Source: Schmidtea polychroa (lineage: Eukaryota). From it: 57,170 nucleotides of DNA. A program made the position numbers and the translations under genes. Location: assembly GCA_044892525.1 (NCBI GenBank), contig CM097887.1, positions 122,435,227 through 122,492,396 of the forward strand, in the 5' to 3' direction. The notes below the pieces were generated by a model that was not told the DNA's origin, did no database searches, and was given only the letters and a program-made list of their open reading frames with translations. Shown here piece after piece: positions 12,275 through 24,950 of the stretch. Within the stretch, counting starts at the first letter, position 1. Every line of letters begins with the position of its first letter.

Positions 12275-15200
12275 TCCCCCTCTTTAAGAAATTTGTTAAG
12301 TTTTTCCACGTTTCTTTCAATCTTTTTACCATTCTCGTTTTTTAAGATATATCGTCTGTCATGCTCTTTCTCGATTACTTTATATGGTCCCTCATATCTG
12401 TCCTGGCTTTTGTTGCGTTTTTCTAATTTTACTAACACATCATCTCCTACGTCAAATTTCCTCCTTGTTTGTTTTTCTTGTTCTTCCTTTACCTGTTTTT
12501 CTTTTGACCCGTACCATTTCTCCCTGCTAATCTTTTTTCCAAAAACTATCTCTGCCGGGCTTATTACTGTCGTTTTTTGTTTGGTTGCATTTAATGTAAA
12601 TTCGACTTCTGGTAGTATCTCTGCCCAATCCGTCTTCCTTCTGTCTCGTAAAGTAGCATTTATCAGCTCTCGTATTGTCCTGAATTGCCTTTCTATCTGT
12701 CCATTTGTTTGGTGATGGTATGGACTCGAAAAACATAACTTAATATCAAGTTTCTTTGTGAATTCTCTCAACATCCCTGATTCAAACGCCTTCCCACAAT
12801 CAACTTTTATCTCCTTTGGGCACCCGAATCTTAAAATCCATTTTTCTAAAATCGTTTTTTTATTGTTTCTTCGTCTTGTCTTGTTATAGCTGTCAGGACT
12901 TGATACTTACTATACTGGTCTATTATACCCAATATATACTTCTTACGTCCTTTTGTTTCTTGCATTGGTCCACATATATCCACGAATATAATTTCGAACA
13001 TTTCGGTTGATTTTAATTTTTTTACTGGTTCCTTCGTTGTAATTGTTATAGCCTTGGTTTTTTGACAAGTCTCACAACTTCGAATAGTTTCCTGAATCTA
13101 ACTCCACAGGTTTTTCCCAATATATCTATCTTTTATATAATCGGCTATCTTCTCGACTCCAGCATGACACAATAGCCTATGTATTTCCTTTATGGTTTCT
13201 TGTATCTCGTTTTCAGGTATCATCGTTTTCTTTCGTAATTCTTCTTCCAAATTTATTTGTTGATTGGTGCTTCTACCTTCTTCTCTGATCGAGTCTAGTA
13301 ATCTAGTTTTTATCTTTCCTTTCTTAGCTTCTTCGTGAGCCATTTGACATTGAACACACGTTTCACATTTAGTTCTGGACACCATGTCTGCATTTTGGTG
13401 ATTAACACCCTTTCTATATTCAACGATTATATCCAAACTGTTCAAATAATTGATCCAGGTTTGGAATTGTGAAGTAATTGGCTTCTTGGTTGTCTTCATA
13501 AACGTGATCGCCTTGTGGTCTGTCCTTAGCGTGAATCTTCTTCCGTAGAGATTGTGCTTAAAATGAATACAAAAATAGTATACCGCCAATAGTTCCTTCC
13601 TTGTAATGCAATATCCTTTTTCATGCCTCGTCATAGCTCGCAATTACTCTCTCCTTTCCATCTTTATATCTTTGTCATCATTTCCTGGAACGTACCTGGT
13701 GCTGCAGCGATTCCGATCGGCATTCTATTGAAACAGTATTGCCCTTTCTTTATTGAGAATGCTGTTTTCTCTTGCGATTCTTTGTCTAACTCCACTTGGT
13801 AATATGCATTACCAAGATCGATTGAGCTAAAATAAACGGACCCTCCAAACACATCTAACATCTCGTCTATGTTTGGCATTGGAAATGCCTGCCTCTCTGT
13901 TACTGCATTCAGCTGTCTGAAATCCAAGCATAGCCTAATATCTTTTTTCTCTTTTTTTCCATACGCAGATTAACGTCGTGTTCCATGGAGAGTTGCATTT
14001 CCGTATAATACCGTTTTCGTACAAATTTTGTATTGCCTCTTCAATTTTTGTTTCCAAATTCAATGGTTGACGATATGGTTTTATGTTTATCGGTTCACCT
14101 CTTGTAATTATCTTATGTTTTACCAAATGCGTGCGACCCACATCCCATTTATCCGCCATAAACACGTTTCCACTGTTCGTTATTATTTCCTTCAATTTAC
14201 TATCCTCATCAATCTTTAAATGTTCCAACGCTCGCGTTAATCTTTCTCCTTCTTGTCTTTTTCATTAGATTCGATATCTTTCTTTTTTGTCAGCCTATAT
14301 CCAAATGCTTCTTGTAATTCTACTCCTCCAATCACCTCTGGTGTCACTTTCTCCGCCACAATGAATCTAACTTCCTTATAAATATCTCCGATAGTTACTT
14401 TAACCTTTGTTCTTCCAATTTGTCTCTATCGTACCTTCGTTTGCACATTGTAACTTATCGTCGCTTCTCATCAATTATTGTCCTCGTAACTTGTTAAAAC
14501 AGTTCACACTCATTACGTTTATTCGTGCTCCGGTGTCTAATAAACTGTCGAAAATTTCCCCATTCATCATTACTGTTACACTAGGTCTTCCCTGTAGCTT
14601 GTTATATACAATTTCTACCTCCTGCCCCGTTTCAATTGTTCCAATTCTTACCACTTCCTCTTCAAACCTTTCTCTCCTTAGGAACCTGTATACTTTCTCA
14701 CTTACCCTTCCTACATTCTCTCACTTTCTACCTCTTAAGGATATCCCGTCCACTTTTCTGTTAGTATATGGCTCCAACCAACTCCTGTACTGGTGGAGCC
14801 TTTTTGTTTGGGTATGTCCTACTAAAATTATCTTCATTTGTCTCTACGCACGATTCCATTTCCTCTTCTTCTTCGATTCCATTAGTCCGGTTGTATCTGT
14901 TTCCTGTCGGTCTTTGTTTCTCTATTGATTCTTGTAACTCGACTTTGTATAACATTCTTCTGATCTATGACCATTTTTGTTGCATCTTTTACACCGTATT
15001 TCTTGACATAACCTTCTTATATGGCCTTCTTTCCCACAACCAAAACATCTTGGCACTTTTTTTTCTGGACAATTCCTACTGATATGTCCGCTTCTGTGAC
15101 ATGTCCAGCACTCTATCTTACTTTTTACTGGACATTCTATTTTCACGTGGCCTATTTTGTGGCATAGCCAGCACTCTGGTTCTTCTAGTCGCCTGACTTC

Positions 15201-15802
15201 TTCTCTTTCATCTTTCTGCTCGTACTGTCCTCTTCTCTGTAGATCCTGATAGACCACTCTTGCATAACTTTTCAAAGCGTTGATATGATCTCTCTGCCTG
15301 TCCACTTTATCCATCAGAATTAATGTTTCCTTTATCTCCTCTGTGCTTTTTATCTTCCGCAATATTACTTATTTCTCAACTTCTTTATTCTCAGCACATA
15401 CTATCAACATCTTTGCTGTTATTTTCTCTTTGGTGAATTCTTTATTCTCAAACAATCTGTCAACAAGATCCTCCACTTTTTTAAAATATGTTTCAATCTC
15501 TTCGCCTCTTCTTTTATAATTCAATAAACTTTCCATATCCTTTATTACGTCTCTTTCGTAATCAAATGCCATTCGTAACCTGGCTTGAAATCCTTCTGCA
15601 TTTTTAACCGTTTTCGCATATTTCTACAATAGATCCTCGTCGATCATGCATGCGGTTAATCTTTCCTGTTCTTTTTTATTGATGCCTTTAGCATCGAAAT
15701 ATATCTCGGATCTTCTCATGAATTTTTCCAAGTCATCACCTTGACAGAACACTTTTGGCAATAATCTTTCGGTAATCGCGTCGGTGTTTACCGCTGCCAC
15801 CA

Positions 15803-16037
15803 TATTAGGATTCTTATCCGTTTTTAAATCACTAAATAATTCCATAAAATTTTATTTAATAAAAGATATCTCAAAAAACTTGTCTGATCTTATTTTTGTT
15901 ATTTAAACAAATTTCAGATTTTCTTAAAATATTTCTTTGATTAATTTCTTCTTTTTAAAATATTTTTCAATAAAAATATTTTTAAAATTTTTACCAAATT
16001 TCTTATTAATCTTTAAGAATCTTTTAACTTCCTCATA
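15803..16037 (-). repeat. 5' LTR of gypsy element
   Basis: Direct repeat of 12041-12274; immediately followed on the minus strand by the PBS. Confidence 0.93.
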
Positions 16038-18079
16038 TATCCTACAATAATTTTCAAGTAAATTTAAAATATCTGTCCTTGATAAAGTTAACTGGTTTCT
16101 TAGCTTATGTTTTTTAAAAGTTCAATGTGTAAATGGAAATATTCTTAGGAAATTATTGAAAAAATTATTTAGTCAGATTCAATACATTACAAAGTCATCA
16201 TCAAAAATGTATCCTATCACTTGATTATTGTACAAACTCTAATTATTAAGCGAACTGTCATTGAAAATAATTTCTATTTAAAATTAAAAAAAAGTCAATA
16301 AAAATACATCCAATCATCAAGAAATTAATTAAATTCATCTTAGAATTAACATTAAAACTTTAAATTTTTAAATATTCATTCAATCAACACGAAATTCACG
16401 AAAATGATAGAAATTCACAAAAATGATAGAAATTTACTTGAATATTTACTAAAACCATCAACTCAAAAAATTACCAATGAATGCCTTAAACACCAAAATT
16501 TACCCAAATAAAATCATCAAAACACACCAATACCTTTATGACTAGTACCCATAGAGGGTCAAAACATCTTGTCGGATAAACTCAGAGTATATATAATAAA
16601 ACCAATTAACTCCATCAAATGTAATACATTTGTAATACATGTAATACATTTAATGTATCATTGAATCAGTCAAACTATCAAAAATTTTGATAAAAAAAAT
16701 ATTATTCTAAAGTGGTAAGCACCGTAAAATCGAATGATAATTCTTTAAACGTTGATAAAATTAACAATATTATTCTCAGGTGGTAAGAATCTTCATTAAT
16801 GTGAGTAAATTATTCATTGAACATATTACTCTATGATAAATTAATAATTAAATTCAAATGGGTGGAAATAAGCAGTAGAATTATGATAACTAGAATCATT
16901 GATAATGCATCTTTAAAGCATATATGAGTAATAACACAAACATTTTATTAACACATTAACCCATCAATTACATTATTTTAAACTTTATACTCAAACATTA
17001 AATAAAATTATTGTAAATTAATAAAATATTATAAAAATTTGCAACAAATTAATAAAGTATTTATGTGAATTGCCACATTTTAATCAATTATTTAAATGAA
17101 TTGTAGCAAAGTAAATAATATTTCAGTGAATTGCAACAAATTAATAAAAAAATTTAATCTAATCAAAAATCAAATCAAAAAGTTTAATCAAATAGCATCA
17201 AAATTGATAAATGATTACACCAAATTGCAACAAAGTTATAAAAATATTGCAGTGAATAACAAAACAATAATTAAATTACAGTAAAATTTAATTTCAATAA
17301 AACTGACTAAACCATATATGGCATATAAAATATAAATATTTTAAATAATTATTTTATTCATATTGTAGAGAATTAAATTTCATCTATAGATTGTTACACT
17401 GAAAACCGGATCGAGCACTTTCAATTAACAAAAACTACCTTGAAAAAGTAAAATACGATATAGTGAGTGCAAAAGCCAACAATCAAGGTCATTTAATGTC
17501 AAATTATTCCTGTTTTAGTCGATTATTTAACCCTTGTTTTAATCATAAATTAAGTCATATATGTTATTATTTTATATGAACTTTTGATGTCTTCATAATC
17601 TTCATAAATAAAATTGAAAACTTTTAAATCAAGAAAATAAAAAATGATTTAACTTCTAAATTTAAAATACATGTTTCAAATTTTTTATAAATAAAAATAG
17701 TTTTTTTTTATAAAAATGAATTAATTTTAAAATTGTATAAAAAGTCAAAGAAATTGGATTGAATAAAACAAAATACAATCAATAATTCGAAATAATTAAA
17801 AATTCAGAAATTCTACGAATTTAATAATTTACAGTCAAATTTGTTTTCTAGCTCTCTGTGATTCAAGTCCAATATTACTACTAGAGCATTGTTTTTATCG
17901 TCACGCTGCTTATAGTCCATGAAAAATTCATCGTTGCCAAGCATTTTTCCAAACATCTTCAAAAGCAAATTGGCGACACACTTTGGCAGATTGACGAGAT
18001 CTTGCGGTCAGCGGAGATAATGGTAAAACAATAGAACCGATTTCAACAAATCTGTTTCTAAGCAACGAGTCATATATAA

Positions 18080-18495
18080 ATGCACGTCAATGTGAATAAT
18101 TTTTCTGTATCAGAAAATATGGATTCGACAGAAAATTTGAAACCCATCAATGGCGACATAACCCCCATAGAAAATGACCTAACAGCCCGATCCAATGACT
18201 ATGGAAGGGGGTCAGATTGTTTGAATGATGAAAATAACGGTTTTGTGAAAAATGTATATATCCATCGCAATGGAGATATGTTTTCATCGTCTCGACGTTT
18301 TGTGTACAATAAAAAACAATTGAGAACATGGGATGCTTTTCTCGAGGATTTAACGTCAGCCTTAAATCCAAGAACAGGACCAATCCGAAGTATTCATACT
18401 CCACAAACCGGTTCAAAAATTCAAACTTTTGATGAAATTCAACCAAATTCAAATTATGTGGCATTGGCAAGCGGGGAAAAACTTCAAATGATTGG
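18080..18495 (+). CDS. DCDC2: Doublecortin-domain protein (DCDC2-like), exon 1, DCX domain 1
   Basis: KNVYIHRNGD...RRFVYNKKQLRTWDAFLEDLT...GPIRSIHTPQTG...NYVA resembles DCDC2 (VYRNGD...GAVRNIYTPRTG...NYVA). Donor GG|GTATC. Confidence 0.85.
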
Positions 18496-18549
18496 GTATC
18501 ATAATTAATAATAAAAACTAATAATGATAATAATTATAATAATTATAAA

Positions 18550-18734
18550 TAAGTAAATGATAAAATAAGGTTTTGCAGCAAAATATGTATTATTTTTCTT
18601 ATTCTTTTTACAATCCTTTTCAAATATTTTCAAAGAGATTATCTTATAATCGAAAATTTTCTCACTTAATACATTTTTGCAGCAAAATGTTTTTTCGTAT
18701 CATTTACTTGTTTAACATTTAACTTATGCTGCTA
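18550..18734. mobile_element. Foldback MITE family copy (ttttgcagcaaaa core)
   Basis: aagtaaatgata...ttttgcagcaaaa.atgtatta / taatacat.ttttgcagcaaaa...tatcatttactt. Related copies at ~8890-8966, ~29150-29235, ~29560-29650, 33648-33820 and ~56275-56374. Confidence 0.6.
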
Positions 18735-20855
18735 NNNNNNNNNNNNNNNNNNNNNNNNNNNNNNNNNNNNNNNNNNNNNNNNNNNNNNNNNNNNNNNNNN
18801 NNNNNNNNNNNNNNNNNNNNNNNNNNNNNNNNNNNNNNNNNNNNNNNNNNNNNNNNNNNNNNNNNNNNNNNNNNNNNNNNNNNNNNNNNNNNNNNNNNNN
18901 NNNNNNNNNNNNNNNNNNNNNNNNNNNNNNNNNNNNNNNNNNNNNNNNNNNNNNNNNNNNNGGGATAGAATCGAGAGTGGAAAGAAAGAAAAAGAGAACA
19001 AACGCTTGAGAAAGTGTATCATTATAGGTGAAAAGCACAAAAATATGAATTGTGAAAATCGATAAAAGGTGTAAATATTCGAATTAAAATCTGGAAAATT
19101 GATCTTAGGTGGAACAAGTAGCAAGGAATAACATGGTGGTAACAGAATTTTAAGAAAGTGCCAGGAAGAGTGCGAAAAGGTGCAAAATAATAACAAAGCA
19201 AGAAAACGAAATAAATAAATAAATTAATTAATTAGCAAGACGAAAAAAACTTCGAGTTTGGTAAACAAGGAGGATAAAAAAGAAGGAAATTTTAGGCCTA
19301 TTATCTTGTCACTATGATTAATGGGGTAGAGCAAGAGAAGATAATGCACGCAGAGAAGCCCGGGCGAACTATTAATTATTTTTGCTCGTTGACCATTCCG
19401 GGTGACAGCCGAAGCAGGGATGTTGAGTCGAATGTCAGGAGAGAGATTGGCTCAGTAATAACCATTTGTCATCCCGATTTAGAAGAGTATAAAAGGATGA
19501 GAGAAATCAGAACAAGTTTAAGAAATTTGAGAATAGGTAAAAGGAAACTTATTGGAAGGATCAAGGATAATAACGAGGTAAATAATAATGGAAATTTTGA
19601 CAAAGGATCAACACCGAGCGGAGGATTGTTCAAACTCATAGAACTTTGGTCATTAATGATTGTGTGTTGAGAGATATTTGTTGTGATTCAATATACGTTG
19701 GGTAGTTTGTTGTTTCGTTAATTTCAATTAAAAGGACAGTGGAGTCAGAGAGTACCGACTCAATTAATAAAACCCAACAAATTGAATAAAATAGATTTTA
19801 ACAAATAATAAAATATTATAGATTAGTGCTTAAATAATGCGCGAATGTAAAGGTTTAAGGGCACCTTCTTGACGTATCTGGAACAAATCCACGATTTTAA
19901 ATGGTGAACATTTTCAAGGTCATTATTAAAGAATTGATTTGAATTTAACCTTTCTCCATAATTGTGAAGTTCACAAAATGGGCACCTGTTTCCAAAATAA
20001 AATTCAAAGACTGTGAGTTTTTAATTTCACCTCTAATGAGGGGGAGAGACATCAAAAGTTTAAGAACCACTGTTATAGTAAATATATAATTGAACCAATA
20101 TGTACAGTTGTAGAGAAATGGTACCATCCAATGTATTTTATTTATAACTTAAATGTAACCTCTGTATTAAAATAATAAATATTAAAATTATTAATAAAAA
20201 TATTAGATATTAACGTTATTATCAATGACATTTTTTAAATTAATTTGTATCTTTAAGTGTAAGTTTTATTTTGAAAACCTTTTAGGAATATAAAAAAAAT
20301 GATGAATAAATCATAATTTTTCTGAGCTCATAATATTTATGAGCCTGCGAGAACAAGGACATTTTTCTACCAATTCTTTAACATAGAAGGAAGGTGGAGT
20401 TTGTACAGAATTGTACCTACAGAATTTGTACCCGGGATTTCAGAGGTTACTGGACCTATTAGTATGGACCTATGTTTATATGAGAATTTCATGGAAATTA
20501 TATAGAACTTCAAAATGCAAAAGTTTAAAGCTTCACCAATTTATCGAATGTTATTAAAATTAAGAGAACTCGGGAAAACTAGATATTGGATGAATAAATT
20601 TAACTAAATTTCGTCTTGAATCACCCGCGAATTGAAAAATTACACAATGACAATAAATTTTCGTTAACTATAATAATTTATCTTTTGGTCACCTCTGATC
20701 TGTTTTCTTTTTTGATATTTTTATTTTTATTATGACAAAAGATCAAAAATAAAATATTTCTTTTATTATAATGAAATTAGATTAAATGATGCATTTACTG
20801 GTTTAGTTTTAATAAACATGATGCTATTGTTCATTTATTTCATTCCCCTATTTAG

Positions 20856-20937
20856 ATATCTCAGACTTCTTCAAGAACAGGAAGCAGCTAAAAAACGGCG
20901 CAATTATCACCTACCCTTTCAAGGTGCATCTGAAGCG
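20856..20937 (+). CDS. DCDC2: DCDC2-like exon 2
   Basis: tttag| YLRLLQEQEAAKKRRNYHLPFQGASEA |gtaaat. Phases 2 and 0 fit the neighbouring exons. Confidence 0.7.
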
Positions 20938-22949
20938 GTAAATTCAAATGATCAGAATATGACTGTATGAATTTATTAACTAAAATCAAAAGCAGAAATA
21001 TTAATCGAAAATCTTAACAAACAATATTTCATTTATTTTCATTACACTATTATTATAGATATAATATTTTTTTTATGTAACAGAAATTGCGGCACTGCCT
21101 TTATAAAATGTAATTGTTATGAGGGCAGTGCAGCAAAAGTATGTCACATGGCAAAAAATCATTTGATCTATAGTCCTAATGGAAATATATAAAATGTTAA
21201 GAGAAAACTAAAACAGGTCAAAGGTGAACAAAAAATAAAGGATTTTACTATTACTTTAATCATATTTAAAATTAAGTAACAATTAAAATATATTCATAAA
21301 TTTTATCACGTCACACAAATATAAATACATAAGTAACATTGTAAATAAAATATATCGGTGCAAACTATTTTCTTTAAGATCAGGAATTAGTGAAAGATAA
21401 GTTTCAAAAAGGCTTTTGAAATTTCGGTTGATTAGAGTCATGGCCTCAAAATTGTCAGTAAAAAAATTTGATCTATAGTCCTAATGAAAATAAATAAAAT
21501 GTTAAGAGAAATCTTAAACTGATCAAAAGTGAACAAAAAATAAAGGATTTAACTATAATAATTTATAAAGATTTGGTAGACAGACTTGTTTCATTCTGTG
21601 ATTGTGGTGAGGAGTTACATTTCCTCGATTGAAAGTGATTTTGGTGCACTCATTTATTTTGTTTTTGTATCTTCTTTTAATACAATTTTTATTTTATTTA
21701 CGGATGAGCTGTAGGTAAGATTATCTTTACAGAGTATTTTCTATTTAAGGAAATTACATTAATTATAAGAAAGCTTTATTACTCGGCTTTCAAACTCATT
21801 CTTTATTCATTTCAATTAATTTTATTCATCATGTTATTAAAAATTTATTTCAATACTTGACTATGTATATTTATTTATTAATGAACAATGTTGAGTAGTT
21901 CTTTGCCCTTAAAATTTTTACATTTTTATATTTTTACATTTGCAAAAATAAAGTTGAAAATAGTACAGTTGACCTTGAAATGACAGCGAGAATGACATGC
22001 GCAAATGTCACGTCACTACTCTTTCACCGTTTGGAATGAGTTCTTCATATTTTCTGTTTTGTAATATAGATGGTAAAAATAGTACAATAAACATCTTTCT
22101 AGTATTTTCATTTCAGTAAAATCTTAGTAAATAATACCATTTTAAACCTCTATGATTATTAATTAATTTTTATATAAAAATATGAAGAAATATTTTGACA
22201 ATTTAAAATATATTATCAGTTAAATCAGATAATTAACACTTAAATTGTCTCCCTAGAAATTTCAAATCGTTAACTGTCAGGAAGAGTTGAGAAAAATAGC
22301 GGAAACATATCATTGTTTTTACTGCTTTGCTATTACATTCCACGCTATTGTTTCCTTGCAATTCAATAATTTATAATGGCTTTCTTCAGGCCAACATCAA
22401 GAAAGATAATGAGTAAGAAAATATAACACAGCATCATATAGGCAAGCTTAGCACAGCAAGGGGGGACACTCTTTGTACGAAAGACGAAAATATAGGTATC
22501 CTTATTGTTGGTGTTGGCATCAAAAAAGTATTTTATTAGGTTTTTGATATAAAATCGTCGAGATTATTCCATAATAAGGAAAAAAGTATTTAAAAAGCGT
22601 GAAGAATGTAATGGAGGTACAGATGTTTATATATTCACAATAAGGCTTACGTTTCCATAAGGTAAAATCTCAAATATTTAGTGAAAAGAAAGAACAAAAA
22701 CCGAAAAGACCAACGCTATCGTTCGAGGAGTACGAATACAACTTACCTCATATTATTCAAAATACGTTCCACAACACAAATAAAGGATTTAAAATTAAAC
22801 TTTGACAACAAGAAAATAGCAAACCAAGACAAGAAAGAATAATGCCAATAATAGAAATAGTGAAATTCAATAAATAAATTTAAACTTTTTGGGGTAACAC
22901 AAAAATAAACAAACAAATTTATTGTTAACATAAACAGGCATTAAATCAT

Positions 22950-23560
22950 TTTCTATAGCTAATTTCCATCGAATACACAAAGATTTCATTCTCTAGAAGC
23001 ACCATTTAACATCTCCAGTGTCGAAGGACTTCTGACATTTTAATCTGGCCTATTCATTATTGAAGAACCAACAATTTTGTACAAAACGAATCAAAGACAA
23101 GGGTAAATAAAAAATCAAAATGGTCTTGTTGAAGTAATAAACTCTCTTTGTTGAATAAAGCAAATAACACTTAACCATTATTTAGTAAACCCGATATTAT
23201 TCAATGGAGCTGTTTTTAGGAGTAAATACAAAATGTATTATTCCCTTAAGATTCCACAATATTTTGATCATGTTATCCGTGCTAAAATCTTTATGGTTGT
23301 ACCTGACTTTCTACTAACTCACATGGTACTTCTTGGCAAGATCATAATTCCTTATCAATTAAAATAAAGAACTGTTTACTGTTCCATGCATAATTCAAAG
23401 ACAAATTCTTGAATACTTATGACGAATATTCATCAATCATGAGTTCCATGAAAATTCAAGCTCAGTGAAATCCACACAGTTCCTCAAATAGACAAATCTA
23501 GAGGAAATACTCACAACTCATTCCAAAACCACCGACGAAGAAACATCAGTATCTCCAGCA
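22950..23560 (-). mobile_element. Degenerate mariner-like transposase fragment
   Basis: IKILWNLKGIIHF (cf. VWWD.KGIIH) and SEVLRH (cf. WEVL.H). Many stops and frameshifts. Confidence 0.45.
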
Positions 23561-24246
23561 ATGAGACTATCCAAAAAATATAAATAACAAAATCCTGAAA
23601 TAGAGGACTCTAATAACGAAATATAAAATGAAGCCAAAAAATTCCATCATATGACATTCTGTAAATGTCTTTTTAACCTACTTCCTTTCAGAATATATAT
23701 CTCCTTCATAAAATCACTTAAACAAACCTAATTTTATCAAAGTCTTCATTCAAGTCACATGTTTTCATTTTCTCTGTATCTCTAAAACCTTACTAACAAT
23801 AGCCTAACACAAAAAATACCTAACAATAAACAATATTCAACATTTATTAAACAACTTCAAAGATAAATAATTACCTTAAAATTTTCAAAAATAGATCTTA
23901 CATAGACTAAATTTATTGCTTAATTACTAATATTAAATGATTTTTGTTTTATTATTGATTTAATAACAATAACACAACTAAAACTCTCATCGCAATATAT
24001 TTTTATTTATTTTTTTTAATAGAAAAAAAATCATAAAATATCAGAAACCGATTATTTATTAAATTATTTATTTGTACACAGCCACAAAGTGAATCTGATA
24101 TTATTAGTCCGGTCAATGTGAGTCTTAACTAAATCATAATTTTTTATTTTGCATGTTCACATATTTAATTAATTAACTATTTGTGTTGCCTGATGGATTG
24201 ATGATGGAAATATTTTACAAGAGTAATTATATTTATAAAATTTTAG

Positions 24247-24332
24247 TCCTCTGTGCCAAGCACCGTACAAAGACGATTCCAGGTCAGTGGTAGAATCAAA
24301 TATGAAATGCAAAAACGTGGCAAAACTATTTG
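24247..24332 (+). CDS. DCDC2: DCDC2-like exon 3
   Basis: ttttag| SSVPSTVQRRFQVSGRIKYEMQKRGKTI |gtaagt leads in frame into DCX domain 2. Confidence 0.75.
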
Positions 24333-24609
24333 GTAAGTTTATTTATGTTTATATTATTTCTATATATTTCAACTGTTTCATTGTCATCATCGGATAGGAT
24401 AGAAAAAACTACATATTATAGATTAATTAAACAAATTAAAATATTATTATTATTACTTTAATCTTTTAATCTATTTGTCCAATAGGATCTCAATCATCAA
24501 AATGTATGGAATTTCAAAAATTCATAAAGATAGTGTACCTGTTTTATCTATGACTGACACTGCCCAGTATTAAATAAATAACTTTTTTTGATATATTATT
24601 ATTAATGTT

Positions 24610-24950
24610 AACGCGGTAAGAGTTTGAATATAAAGATAGTTTTGAATTTGTTTCCTGTAATGCAAAGTTAAATAAGCAAAGTGTGGATGGGATTATTATT
24701 TCGTTTGATGTTTATAGTCTGTTTACTAATGTACCATTGGTTGAAACTATTGATTTATGTTGGTTGTTATGGAATGAAAACAACTCTGGATATCATATTT
24801 TGGAAGGGAATTTTGTGAATGTTTTGAGTTTTAAAAGTTAATTAAAAGTTAAAGTCAATTTACTTTTCAACAATGAATGGTACCAGCTATGGAGTTTCTA
24901 TCTGTTCTCCTCTAGCATCAATGATGGCAGCAATATTTTCAATTTGAGAA
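24610..24950 (+). mobile_element. Penelope-like reverse transcriptase fragment
   Basis: DSFEFV...IISFDVYSLFTNVPLVETID and FNNEWY...VSICSPLAS (cf. SFDV.SLFTNVP, G.AMGSPL). Confidence 0.75.

Larger units (their letters stand above)
12041..16037 (-). mobile_element. Ty3/gypsy LTR retrotransposon, defective
   Basis: LTRs 12041-12274 and 15803-16037 (2 substitutions + 1 indel); TSD TATCC at 12036-12040 and 16038-16042. PBS TGGTGGCAGCGGT (15790-15802, tRNA-Leu type) and PPT AAAGAGGGGGA. gag with CCHC knuckles, protease LLDTGA (~14529-14543), RT MDFRQLN...AFPMP...IDLGNAYYQV, RNase H ELLAV...FTLRTDHKA, integrase HHCC and SPYHHQTNGQIER. Frameshifts, stops, and the RT YxDD region is deleted. Confidence 0.95.
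10386..16602. mobile_element. TIR element (~2.2 kb without its insert) hosting the gypsy insertion
   Basis: ~75-bp inverted repeats 10386-10460 (gttttattatatatactcggactttatccgacaggatgttttgacc...) and 16526-16602. The left arm expands into five 15-bp units (cgtaagggtattagt-like, ~10433-10507). No transposase. Confidence 0.6.

Noticed and set aside
14407-15082. Plus-strand ORFs 14407-14928, 14768-15082 and 12293-12715
   Set aside because: Antisense shadows of the purine-rich gypsy coding strand.
18962-19670. Possible retroelement remnant (NFRPIILS) and a 118-aa ORF
   Set aside because: A single weak motif next to a gap is not enough to assign a family.
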